Source of the DNA: Ignavibacteria bacterium
Lineage (GTDB): Bacteria; Bacteroidota; Ignavibacteria; Kapaibacteriales; UBA2268
Length of the DNA: 64,000 nt
Direction: 5' to 3'
NCBI GenBank assembly: GCA_016844745.1
Contig: JAERMQ010000005.1
Location: 47,964 to 111,963 of the forward strand
The position numbers and the translations under genes are program-made. Positions 38,132 to 45,107 of this stretch are shown here, piece after piece. A model generated the notes under the pieces. It did not search any database. It was not told the DNA's origin and was given only the letters and a program-made list of their open reading frames with translations. How positions within the stretch are numbered: position 1 is the stretch's first letter; each line of letters begins with the position of its first letter.

Positions 38132-38702
38132 ATTTCCCTTTTTCAAATTCATTCTTCAATCGGAAATAGTAATCTTCCATAAAATCCGAAAATCCCCAAC
38201 CAATATTACGTGAACGCTCATAAAGTATTTTCAATCTTTCGCTGAACATATTATATAAATGAGGATATTTATTCAATGTAGAGCAAAAATCATCGAATGC
38301 AACATCAATCGAATTATAAAAATTAGAAGAAATATCACCGAAATCCTTTGTAAAAGCATTGCAGGTTTCAACATAATAGAGTTTTAAGTCTGCTATATGT
38401 TGGGGATAATCCTTGAGTATTTTAGCATTATCCGAAATTACTTTTTTGGCTTCTCTTAGTTTTAAATGATTATTAGAATAAACAGAAGTACCATAAATAA
38501 AACGATAAATTTTCTTTTTAGCATCTGTTATCATTGCATCAAAATTAATTCCATCAGAACCTTTCAAAAATACATCCAGAAATTCTTTATTCTTAGGATT
38601 AATTTTTGTCATTTCAATAATAACTTCAATAAGCTCCTCTTTCTCTAATTCCAGAAGCTCATACTTCAATGTCTTTTTCGGTATCTTCTTTATTTCTTTC
38701 AT
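38130..38702 (-). CDS. Hypothetical helical protein (cassette between hsdS and hsdM)
   Basis: Intact 190-aa ORF with arrays in the same orientation on both sides. No catalytic motif recognised. Confidence 0.6.
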   Translation of the reverse strand: MKEIKKIPKKTLKYELLELEKEELIEVIIEMTKINPKNKEFLDVFLKGSDGINFDAMITDAKKKIYRFIYGTSVYSNNHLKLREAKKVISDNAKILKDYPQHIADLKLYYVETCNAFTKDFGDISSNFYNSIDVAFDDFCSTLNKYPHLYNMFSERLKILYERSRNIGWGFSDFMEDYYFRLKNEFEKGK

Positions 38703-38836
38703 TCTACATTCTACATTCTAAATTCAGCATTCAGCATTCTAAATTCAGCATTCATAATTCAGCATTCAGCATTCTAAATTCAGCATTCAGCATTCATAAT
38801 TCAGCATTCAGCATTCATAATTCAGCATTCAGCATT
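38701..38836. repeat. Heptamer array (ATTCAGC/ATTCTAA/ATTCATA/ATTCTAC), about 19 units
   Basis: Read directly. It spans the gap between the hsdS stop and the start of the 190-aa ORF. Confidence 0.95.
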
Positions 38837-40151
38837 TCTTAATCCTTTCAAGCAAGACCGAAGCCGGTTCATCATTCGGGTCTTGAGGAACAAGCCTACC
38901 TTCAAATGCTTTTTTCAAAATGCTCTGACGAAGGCTTTCAGCTTGAATTAAGCTCAAATCTATTGTCTTTTCTAAATTCTCTGTTTCTGAAAAACGGGCT
39001 TCTATCTCGGATACGATTTGGTTTTGTAATGCTGAATTAGGAATGCTGAATGCTGAATTTTTTAAGAAATCGGCAGGAACTCTTAATTGACCAGCTGTGC
39101 CTTTCATATTATTTCTTGCATTCTTACGAAATGTCTCTTGCAGAACAAAATAAAACATAAATTTTGGGATTACTTCGGTTTTATAAACCCTAATTACATG
39201 AAATTCCGTTGAACCACAACCAACTCCATTAATAAGATTTTCCAATAGAGCAATTTTACCATTTTCCATACAGGGAGTTATTTTAGCAAAGATAATATCA
39301 CCGTTTTGAAATTGAGTAAATCCTTTTTTAACTACCCCAAATTTACGAATGTCTGATAAATTATATTTCCCTGATTCTGCTTCAACCATTTTCATCGGTA
39401 AAAATGAAACTTCAACATTATCATCAGGATTAGAATCAAGTCTTGGATTTACTTTAGCAACGTCACAAATTCTTTTTTTCTTCCATTCAGAATTCAGCAT
39501 TCTTAATTCAGCATTCTCACAGACCAATTTCCCACTAAAAGCATAAGACAGGACAGATTGTTTATAGCGCGAAATCTGTTCTTTCGCTTTTTTCAATGCC
39601 GAAACTGCAACATCAAGCTGGCTGAAAAGTTCTTCGAGTTTGGCTACTATGCGGTGCTGTTCTGGGAGTGGAGGGAGGGGGATTGGTATAATTTTCAGAT
39701 GACCTAATGGGATAAATTTCTGTGTAGTACCTTTAATCAATTGTTCTTTTTCAAGAATAAGATTTAAATATTGAGATTGCAACCAATAACAAATATATCT
39801 ATTAAGACAAATTCTATTTTGTGGTTTAAAAAGTCCAACATTTTTGATTGCAAACTGTTTATCATAATTAACAATAACAGGATTACCAATAGTTCCAATC
39901 ATTGCAAATAAAATATCTCCACGATTTACTTTGGAACGAAGATTTATTTGAATATAGTCCGCTTGTGAAATTAATTTAATGTTATCAAAATCAATAAATC
40001 CAAATTTAAGGTTTTTAGAAGTTATCAATGGATAACCTGAAGATTGATATTTTGGAGTATCATGCGTACCATCAGTAATTTTTTCACAAATATCACCAAG
40101 TTTAGTGATAGTCCAAGAAGGTGGGAGATTATTTTTCAATTCAGAATTCAT
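38829..40151 (-). CDS. hsdS: Type I R-M specificity subunit HsdS (two TRDs)
   Basis: LPPSWTITKLGDI start of TRD1. Central conserved helix is LPPLPEQHRIVAKLEELFSQLD, and the C-terminal conserved helix is QNQIVSEIEARFSE...SILKKAFEGRLV. Confidence 0.9.
   Translation of the reverse strand: MNSELKNNLPPSWTITKLGDICEKITDGTHDTPKYQSSGYPLITSKNLKFGFIDFDNIKLISQADYIQINLRSKVNRGDILFAMIGTIGNPVIVNYDKQFAIKNVGLFKPQNRICLNRYICYWLQSQYLNLILEKEQLIKGTTQKFIPLGHLKIIPIPLPPLPEQHRIVAKLEELFSQLDVAVSALKKAKEQISRYKQSVLSYAFSGKLVCENAELRMLNSEWKKKRICDVAKVNPRLDSNPDDNVEVSFLPMKMVEAESGKYNLSDIRKFGVVKKGFTQFQNGDIIFAKITPCMENGKIALLENLINGVGCGSTEFHVIRVYKTEVIPKFMFYFVLQETFRKNARNNMKGTAGQLRVPADFLKNSAFSIPNSALQNQIVSEIEARFSETENLEKTIDLSLIQAESLRQSILKKAFEGRLVPQDPNDEPASVLLERIKKC
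39028..39059. repeat. Heptamer tract inside hsdS (GCTGAAT orientation), translated as NSAFSIPNSALQ
   Basis: aatgctgaattaggaatgctgaatgctgaatt. It sits at the TRD2 / C-terminal conserved-region boundary. Confidence 0.9.
39485..39516. repeat. Heptamer tract inside hsdS (ATTCAGC orientation), translated as ENAELRMLNSEW
   Basis: attcagaattcagcattcttaattcagcattc. It sits at the central conserved-region / TRD2 boundary and is inverted relative to 39028..39059. Confidence 0.9.
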
Positions 40152-40172
40152 AATTCAGCATTTTACATTCTA
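40135..40172. repeat. Heptamer tract covering the hsdS start codon
   Basis: attcagaattcataattcagcattttacattctaaac. The hsdS ATG (40151-40149) lies inside it. Confidence 0.85.
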
Positions 40173-40205
40173 AACTTTAAATTAATTATTTTAAAATTTT
40201 AACCC

Positions 40206-40703
40206 TTAATCTTCTTTAATAGCCACCATAACTGATAAATTTAATTCACCTTCTATAGTGAAGTCAATTTCATAATCCTGAATCAGGAAATTATATTGAT
40301 TAAACAACAGTTCTTTACGTTTTATAAGTTTATCAAGTTCAGTAATTTGCTGTGAATTATATTTAAAAAGATTAAGTGCATATTTATATTCCTTATCTCT
40401 GATATTAGCCGGCAAAATTGCAATATTCCACGCTACAACCGCAAATTCAATAACGGCTCTGATTTCATCATCATTTTTAGTAAGTTCAAGCAAAGGCTCT
40501 GCAAATTCAATAATGATTTGTGAAGCTTTTTCCTTGAAGGGTTTCTTTTTAAAACTAATTTTTCCGGTATTTTCTATTTTATCGGCTCTATCTAATAATT
40601 TTTCGCTAACACCATCCTTTTTAGCTTTTTCAAGGAAGCTCCTCTTTTTCTTGTTAAAATCTTCTTTCTTTTTCTGTCTTTTAATATTTGATTTAATGGA
40701 CAT
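40206..40703 (-). CDS. Hypothetical protein, paralogue A of 42443..42916 (Lys-rich N-terminus + conserved ~110-aa C-domain)
   Basis: Alignment by eye: SQIIIEFAEPLL...AVIEFAVVAWNIAILP...KRKELLFNQYNF versus SNIILEFALPFI...KALEFAIIVWNITTLP...NRKHELFSEYDF. The ATG at 40703 is preferred. The track ORF starts at TTG 40787. Confidence 0.6.
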   Translation of the reverse strand: MSIKSNIKRQKKKEDFNKKKRSFLEKAKKDGVSEKLLDRADKIENTGKISFKKKPFKEKASQIIIEFAEPLLELTKNDDEIRAVIEFAVVAWNIAILPANIRDKEYKYALNLFKYNSQQITELDKLIKRKELLFNQYNFLIQDYEIDFTIEGELNLSVMVAIKED

Positions 40704-40783
40704 ATAAACTAAGATATATCTTAAAAATTCCCAATTCCTAATTATTTTATTTGTTTGAATATTTACACAGTTATTCAACATTC

Positions 40784-42283
40784 TCAATTGTTAATTGTCA
40801 ATTCCTTTGCGAACGCTCTAAATTTGTCAGTTGTAACGTATTTGCCTGTTTTATCTGAGCCATGATATTCAATAAAACCAATTTTCTTTAAAAAGACTAA
40901 ATCATTTTCTACCGTTCTATCAGTTATTCCGACATTTTTGGTATTTATACCGTCTTTTACTCCGAAATTTACAGCGAACTCTTTTGCTGATTCAAACTTT
41001 GAAGAATTAATTAAATCCAGTATTTTCAATAATCTTTGTATTCGTTTGCCTTTTACTCCGAAATTTACTCCGAAATTTACTCCGAAATTTACTCCGAAAT
41101 TTACTCCGAAATTTTCACTCAAAATGTCGGTGGTTATTTCTTTGTAATTTTCATTATTCTCAGCTTTTAATTTTCTTTCAAACTTTATCGTAAAAAAAGA
41201 ACCTTTTTCAAAGATAGCGGGAGGCAAATCAGCTTCTTTCATAGCATCCTGAATTCGCTTTATTCCAGTTCCAAGCTTTTCAATATAATTTGCCCTTAGC
41301 ATCATCGAAGCAATTAAAGTATTTCTTGTAACACTCTTAGTTCCGAAATCAGATTCCTTCAATCCATGGGGTAAGCCTCCGGGGTTTGAAATCTCAACTC
41401 TGTCGTCAAATATTTCAATAATTACATTTGCTCCCTTTTCAAAATAATCGCGATGGACAACAGAATTGATAATTGCTTCACGCAAAGCTGTTTCTGGGAT
41501 TTCCAAAATATCTTCTCTCTGAAGAGTTTTAATTTTGTAGCTTATTTTCAGATGCTTTTTCAGGAATAAAATTGCTTCCTCAACATTGGATATAAGGTCG
41601 CCATTGAAATCCTTTCTGTCAAGTATATGAATTTTTTCCTTACCTTTATATAAAACTCCCGTAACTACAGATTGTATAAATATTCTATCGGGATTCTTAG
41701 CAAAGAATAGAATTCCTGCATTATTCAGTATTGTTTTTGTTTCGTCCTGGGATAAAATACCAAGATTTTCTAATACCACTTTGTAATCATATTCTGAGGA
41801 GATACCACATTTTCTTAAGAATCTATTATATTTATCCAAATCAAAATCTTCAGCAAAATTGAATCTTTTGTCATAAATCTCATCGAATCTGACTCTTCCT
41901 TCATTCTGAATAAAAGCTATTATGTCGTCTGTGCTCATCTTTTGAGAAGTAGCGCCATTTCTTAGATAGAAACCGGAAGAGCATTTATAAGGTTTTCTAT
42001 TTCCTTCAGGAACATTTATAATTACTATTTTTTCAAATTTTTCAATTGTAATTCTTATCGGGGGGTCGCAGTTTTCAGCAATGCTTTGAATCTCTGATTT
42101 AATCCTATTGTCTAATTTAAACCCTTTAATAGCTGAAGCATCAGTAATTCCAAGAAAAATTCTTCCTCTAGCAGAATTAGCAAAAGAAACTATTTCTTTA
42201 TCAATTTTCGATAAAGATTCTTTGAATTCTATGAAATATCCTTCACCTTCTTCGAGGATTATTCTCAACTCTTCTTGTCTCAT
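40784..42283 (-). CDS. AlbA_2 (Schlafen-like DNA-binding) + HATPase_c_4 + C-terminal wHTH protein (RecG-like putative transcriptional regulator family)
   Basis: N-terminus is EGEGYFIEFKESL...FANSARGRIFLGI. The HATPase_c_4-like part is REAIINSVVHRDYFEKGANVIIEIFDDRVEISNPGGLP. There is an internal (NFGV)5 repeat. Confidence 0.75.
   Translation of the reverse strand: MRQEELRIILEEGEGYFIEFKESLSKIDKEIVSFANSARGRIFLGITDASAIKGFKLDNRIKSEIQSIAENCDPPIRITIEKFEKIVIINVPEGNRKPYKCSSGFYLRNGATSQKMSTDDIIAFIQNEGRVRFDEIYDKRFNFAEDFDLDKYNRFLRKCGISSEYDYKVVLENLGILSQDETKTILNNAGILFFAKNPDRIFIQSVVTGVLYKGKEKIHILDRKDFNGDLISNVEEAILFLKKHLKISYKIKTLQREDILEIPETALREAIINSVVHRDYFEKGANVIIEIFDDRVEISNPGGLPHGLKESDFGTKSVTRNTLIASMMLRANYIEKLGTGIKRIQDAMKEADLPPAIFEKGSFFTIKFERKLKAENNENYKEITTDILSENFGVNFGVNFGVNFGVNFGVKGKRIQRLLKILDLINSSKFESAKEFAVNFGVKDGINTKNVGITDRTVENDLVFLKKIGFIEYHGSDKTGKYVTTDKFRAFAKELTINN
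41052..41111. repeat. 12-nt tandem repeat x5 (tttactccgaaa), in frame, encoding (NFGV)5
   Basis: Five perfect units counted. A sixth diverged copy at about 40950-40975 encodes AVNFGVKD. Confidence 0.95.
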
Positions 42284-42290
42284 GATATTC

Positions 42291-42376
42291 CTATGCTACA
42301 AGTTCCAAATTAATTTCTTCAATTATATTATCTAATTCATTGCCGAACAGCTTCCAGACCAACCATGCTCGGCAAA
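42291..42376 (-). pseudogene. Relic of hsdR 3' end (copy 3, with ~10-nt deletion)
   Basis: Aligns with 45108..45200 and 44810..44906: ...gccgaacagcttccagacc[..]ccatgctcggcaaa. It ends in LELVA-stop 8 nt from the AlbA_2 start codon. Confidence 0.8.
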
Positions 42377-42399
42377 TTCTACATTCTAAATTCTACATT
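42376..42399. repeat. Heptamer tract (ATTCTAC/ATTCTAA)
   Basis: attctacattctaaattctacatt. Confidence 0.85.
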
Positions 42400-42447
42400 G
42401 AAAAAGCCAAGTTTAGCAATAGTCCATGAATGAAGTAAGAAATTATT
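42400..42447 (-). other. hsdS-5'-like relic 1
   Basis: Reverse strand reads AATAATTTCTTACTTCATTCATGGACTATTGCTAAACTTGG. hsdS codons 6-20 read AAAAATAATCTCCCACCTTCTTGGACTATCACTAAACTTGG. Confidence 0.7.
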
Positions 42448-42916
42448 TATCATATTTTACAGACACTCCAAGCGATAAATACATATCGCCATTTTCATTA
42501 AAATTAGCATTAAAATCGTTTATATAAAAATCATATTCGCTAAATAATTCATGCTTTCGATTTATGAGATTTTTCATATCATTAATATCGAATATATTAT
42601 TTTGAAGTTTAGAGATTTCTTTTTGTAATGATTCGGATGGTAAAGTAGTTATATTCCATACAATTATAGCAAATTCAAGTGCCTTTAATTGTTCCATTTG
42701 ATTTGACTTTTGAGAAATAAATGGCAATGCAAATTCAAGAATGATATTAGATTGGTTTTCTTTTAATTGTTTACTTTTAAAACTACTTCTATTATTATCG
42801 TTAAACTTGTTTTCCATCGACAATAATTTCGAAATATTTCTTTCGTCTTTAACCTTTTCCAAATTGGTTTGTTTTTTTATTTTTCCATTCTGATTAATAA
42901 ATGATTTTTTTGCCAT
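42443..42916 (-). CDS. Hypothetical protein, paralogue B of 40206..40703
   Basis: See paralogue A. Intact 157-aa ORF with an ATG start. Confidence 0.6.
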   Translation of the reverse strand: MAKKSFINQNGKIKKQTNLEKVKDERNISKLLSMENKFNDNNRSSFKSKQLKENQSNIILEFALPFISQKSNQMEQLKALEFAIIVWNITTLPSESLQKEISKLQNNIFDINDMKNLINRKHELFSEYDFYINDFNANFNENGDMYLSLGVSVKYDK

Positions 42917-42949
42917 AATATTGTCAAATTATTTATTTAATATTTTTAA

Positions 42950-42979
42950 TTTTACATTCTACATTTTCAATTATCAATT
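42950..42979. repeat. Heptamer tract (degenerate)
   Basis: ttttacattctacattttcaattatcaatt. Confidence 0.7.
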
Positions 42980-43024
42980 GAAAAGCCAAATTTAACAAGA
43001 GTCAATGAGGGTGAGAAGTTATTA
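42977..43024 (-). other. hsdS-5'-like relic 2
   Basis: Reverse strand reads TAACTTCTCACCCTCATTGACTCTTGTTAAATTTGGCTTTTCAATTG. It aligns with relic 1, including the shared GGCTTTT(T)CAAT tail. Confidence 0.6.
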
Positions 43025-43432
43025 ATTTTCATCATAAATAATAATGTTTTCTGAACTTATTTCGGCAAGAATTGTTGCAACAAATTTCTTATCTTCGAAA
43101 TTGGGTTTGCCCTCCCAACCTATAATATCAATATGTCTTTCAGGAATATAGTTTTTTTCAATATCAATTTCATCAGCGGGGAAATCTGACTCATTTATCG
43201 AGCAATGTCCATGGGGAAACTTCTTATTAGGTCGTACATTATTTTTTGAAGCTATTTCTTTAACTTCAGAAATATCTATACATTGTGTTTCATAACATGA
43301 AACCTCAAGTCTTTGATTTATTTCGTTTGTATCAGGGAAAAATGCTTTCCAGTGAACACGTGAATTAGAATCTTTTAAGTTATTTTCTCTTAAAAATCTT
43401 GAATAAATTTCAGGTGTTCCGTATTTGCTCAT
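43022..43432 (-). CDS. Hypothetical protein (third gene of the three-gene cassette)
   Basis: Intact 136-aa ORF with an ATGA overlap to the upstream gene. No motif recognised. Conserved-looking His/Cys/Glu residues (HGHCSI, ERHIDIIGW). Confidence 0.6.
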   Translation of the reverse strand: MSKYGTPEIYSRFLRENNLKDSNSRVHWKAFFPDTNEINQRLEVSCYETQCIDISEVKEIASKNNVRPNKKFPHGHCSINESDFPADEIDIEKNYIPERHIDIIGWEGKPNFEDKKFVATILAEISSENIIIYDEN

Positions 43433-44010
43433 ACAAACTTATCCTTAAATAATCTTTCAATATCATTTTGGATTTTAGTTATTGAAGTTTTGTTAATATA
43501 CATTTTGGAACTGGAAGATTCCCCATGAAAAAGTGATACGAAATAAAGTTCACCATTTTTGCCAAAAGTCAGATTAGCTCTTGCTCCAATTCTGCCATAC
43601 CATTCAAAGTCAATTTCGCCATCATAATCGACATCAACTTCAGGTTTCAAAGTAGTTATATAATTAGAATCGAATAACCTAATAAAATTGGATAAATTTG
43701 AACGTGAATGATGAAAAGTTTCTTTAATTTTAGCTCTTTTTTGCTCGTAAAGTGATTTATCGGAAGTTTGAATATCAATATTCTCTTCTTCAAATTCAAT
43801 AAAGAATTCTTGAAATTTCTTATGAATTAAAGTTAACATGTCTGAAAATTCAAAAAATTCTCCATCTTTTGTACAAAAAGTACTACTTAATTCGTTAATA
43901 AGTTTTATTTCGCTATTAATAAATGAGAATGAATTTTCTCCGGAATATAGGTATTGATTAGATATTTGAAGTTGATAATCAAGGGTTTCGTTATAATTTT
44001 CAATTCCCAT
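43429..44010 (-). CDS. Hypothetical protein (second gene of the three-gene cassette)
   Basis: Intact 193-aa ORF. TAATG overlap with the upstream gene and ATGA overlap with the downstream gene. Confidence 0.6.
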   Translation of the reverse strand: MGIENYNETLDYQLQISNQYLYSGENSFSFINSEIKLINELSSTFCTKDGEFFEFSDMLTLIHKKFQEFFIEFEEENIDIQTSDKSLYEQKRAKIKETFHHSRSNLSNFIRLFDSNYITTLKPEVDVDYDGEIDFEWYGRIGARANLTFGKNGELYFVSLFHGESSSSKMYINKTSITKIQNDIERLFKDKFV

Positions 44011-44735
44011 TACAAAAGCTCCTCTAATTTATCAGATACTATTTGAAAAAAAATGTCATTCTTTATTTTTCTCATTTTATCAAGTATTTTATTAACTTTT
44101 TTAAGTTCGGTTGGATTAAAAATGCTTGTATTGAAAACATCAGTATCAACGATAATTTTTTTATTTTTTAAATCAACAATAAAATTTAAAATTGCTCCTT
44201 CAAAATCAGAATATTCAAAGATCGATTGATTATATGTTCTTTTAATTTTTCCTGAAAGTTCTTTTTTAAAAACTAAAGGAGTTCTTTCTAAATATTTTTT
44301 AAATCTGTCCGGGAAGTTTATTTCATTTATATATCTTAATCCAATTCTGGAAATATTTCCTAATTTGAAAAGATTATTAATTTCAGAATAAATCTTAAAA
44401 AATTCTTCAAGTAAAGTTTCAAAATTATTATAGGAATTGATTTTGCTTACTGATAACCTATCTTTTAAAAAATGAACAACAAAACCACGTGTTTTATCTT
44501 CCAACTTAATTCCTTGAAATGGAAACTGGCTTTCAGAAACTTCAGTAGCTTTATCCATTTGAACCCCAAAGGTAAATTTTTTCAAGTCTAAAAATTGAGA
44601 GCTACTATAATTTTCCTTTAAATGTTCTTGAAAATTCAAAAGTTCTTCTTTATTAAAATTCAGCATTGGCTGGAATTGAAATTCAATTACAGCTTCTTTT
44701 ATAGGTGGTCTATATAAATTTCTTTGCTTACTCAT
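44010..44735 (-). CDS. TIGR04255-family-like protein (sporadically distributed, function unknown)
   Basis: N-terminus YRPPIKEAVIEFQF and mid-protein ISRIGLRYINEI match my recollection of the TIGR04255 signature. Not verified by search. Confidence 0.6.
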   Translation of the reverse strand: MSKQRNLYRPPIKEAVIEFQFQPMLNFNKEELLNFQEHLKENYSSSQFLDLKKFTFGVQMDKATEVSESQFPFQGIKLEDKTRGFVVHFLKDRLSVSKINSYNNFETLLEEFFKIYSEINNLFKLGNISRIGLRYINEINFPDRFKKYLERTPLVFKKELSGKIKRTYNQSIFEYSDFEGAILNFIVDLKNKKIIVDTDVFNTSIFNPTELKKVNKILDKMRKIKNDIFFQIVSDKLEELL

Positions 44736-44809
44736 TATCTATTACTTTTTTCATAATCAAACTTACTTTTGAGATTGACGAAATTAAACAAAATTTCATT
44801 CAAAAAAAT

Positions 44810-44906
44810 TTATGCCACCAATTCCACATTCATTTCTTCAATTAAATTATCTAATTCATTACCGAACAGCTTCCAGACCTTCATTAGCCCTCCATGCTCG
44901 GCAAAT
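44810..44906 (-). pseudogene. Relic of hsdR 3' end (copy 2)
   Basis: 5 mismatches in 96 aligned nt versus 45108..45203. It would encode FAEHGGLMKVWKLFGNELDNLIEEMNVELVA-stop. Confidence 0.9.
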
Positions 44907-44953
44907 TCAATATTCTACATCCTACATTCTACATTCTTCATTCAGCATCATTA
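44905..44953. repeat. Heptamer tract (ATTCTAC/ATTCAGC)
   Basis: attcaatattctacatcctacattctacattcttcattcagcatcatt. Confidence 0.85.
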
Positions 44954-45011
44954 ATATTTTGTAAAATAAAAAAATTCTTATTGTATTCCAATAAGTTTTG
45001 TATTATATTTG

Positions 45012-45092
45012 TAAAACTCTGAAAAGCGAATGTCGGTTCCATGCCGTGTGTGATATATCAAGCATATAGCGCCTAGCTTTTTAAGAGTTTTA
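45012..45092. other. Long hairpin with comparatively GC-rich ~50-nt loop, directly downstream of hsdR
   Basis: Stems are taaaactctgaaaag / ctttttaagagtttta. The interior is cgaatgtcggttccatgccgtgtgtgatatatcaagcatatagcgcctag. Confidence 0.5.
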
Positions 45093-45107
45093 TTTTGTCA
45101 TGATTGT

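Noticed and set aside
38829-40151. Classical invertible hsdS shufflon (site-specific inversion between hsdS copies).
   Set aside because: There is only one full hsdS. The other hsdS-like pieces are ~45-nt relics, the only recombinase is nonsense-interrupted, and inverting TRD2 alone would destroy the gene. The inverted tracts are better read as scars or handles of TRD exchange.
40704-40787. TTG-initiated N-terminal extension of paralogue A overlapping the AlbA_2 stop.
   Set aside because: The extension (MRMLNNCVNIQTNKIIRNWEFLRYILVY) has no counterpart in paralogue B. The ATG at 40703 gives an N-terminus (MSIKSNIKRQKKK) that matches the basic start of paralogue B. It is kept only as an alternative.
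40938-41147. 69-aa ORF with FTPKFTPKF repeats.
   Set aside because: It is the antisense reading of the (NFGV)5 12-nt repeat inside the AlbA_2/HATPase_c_4 gene.
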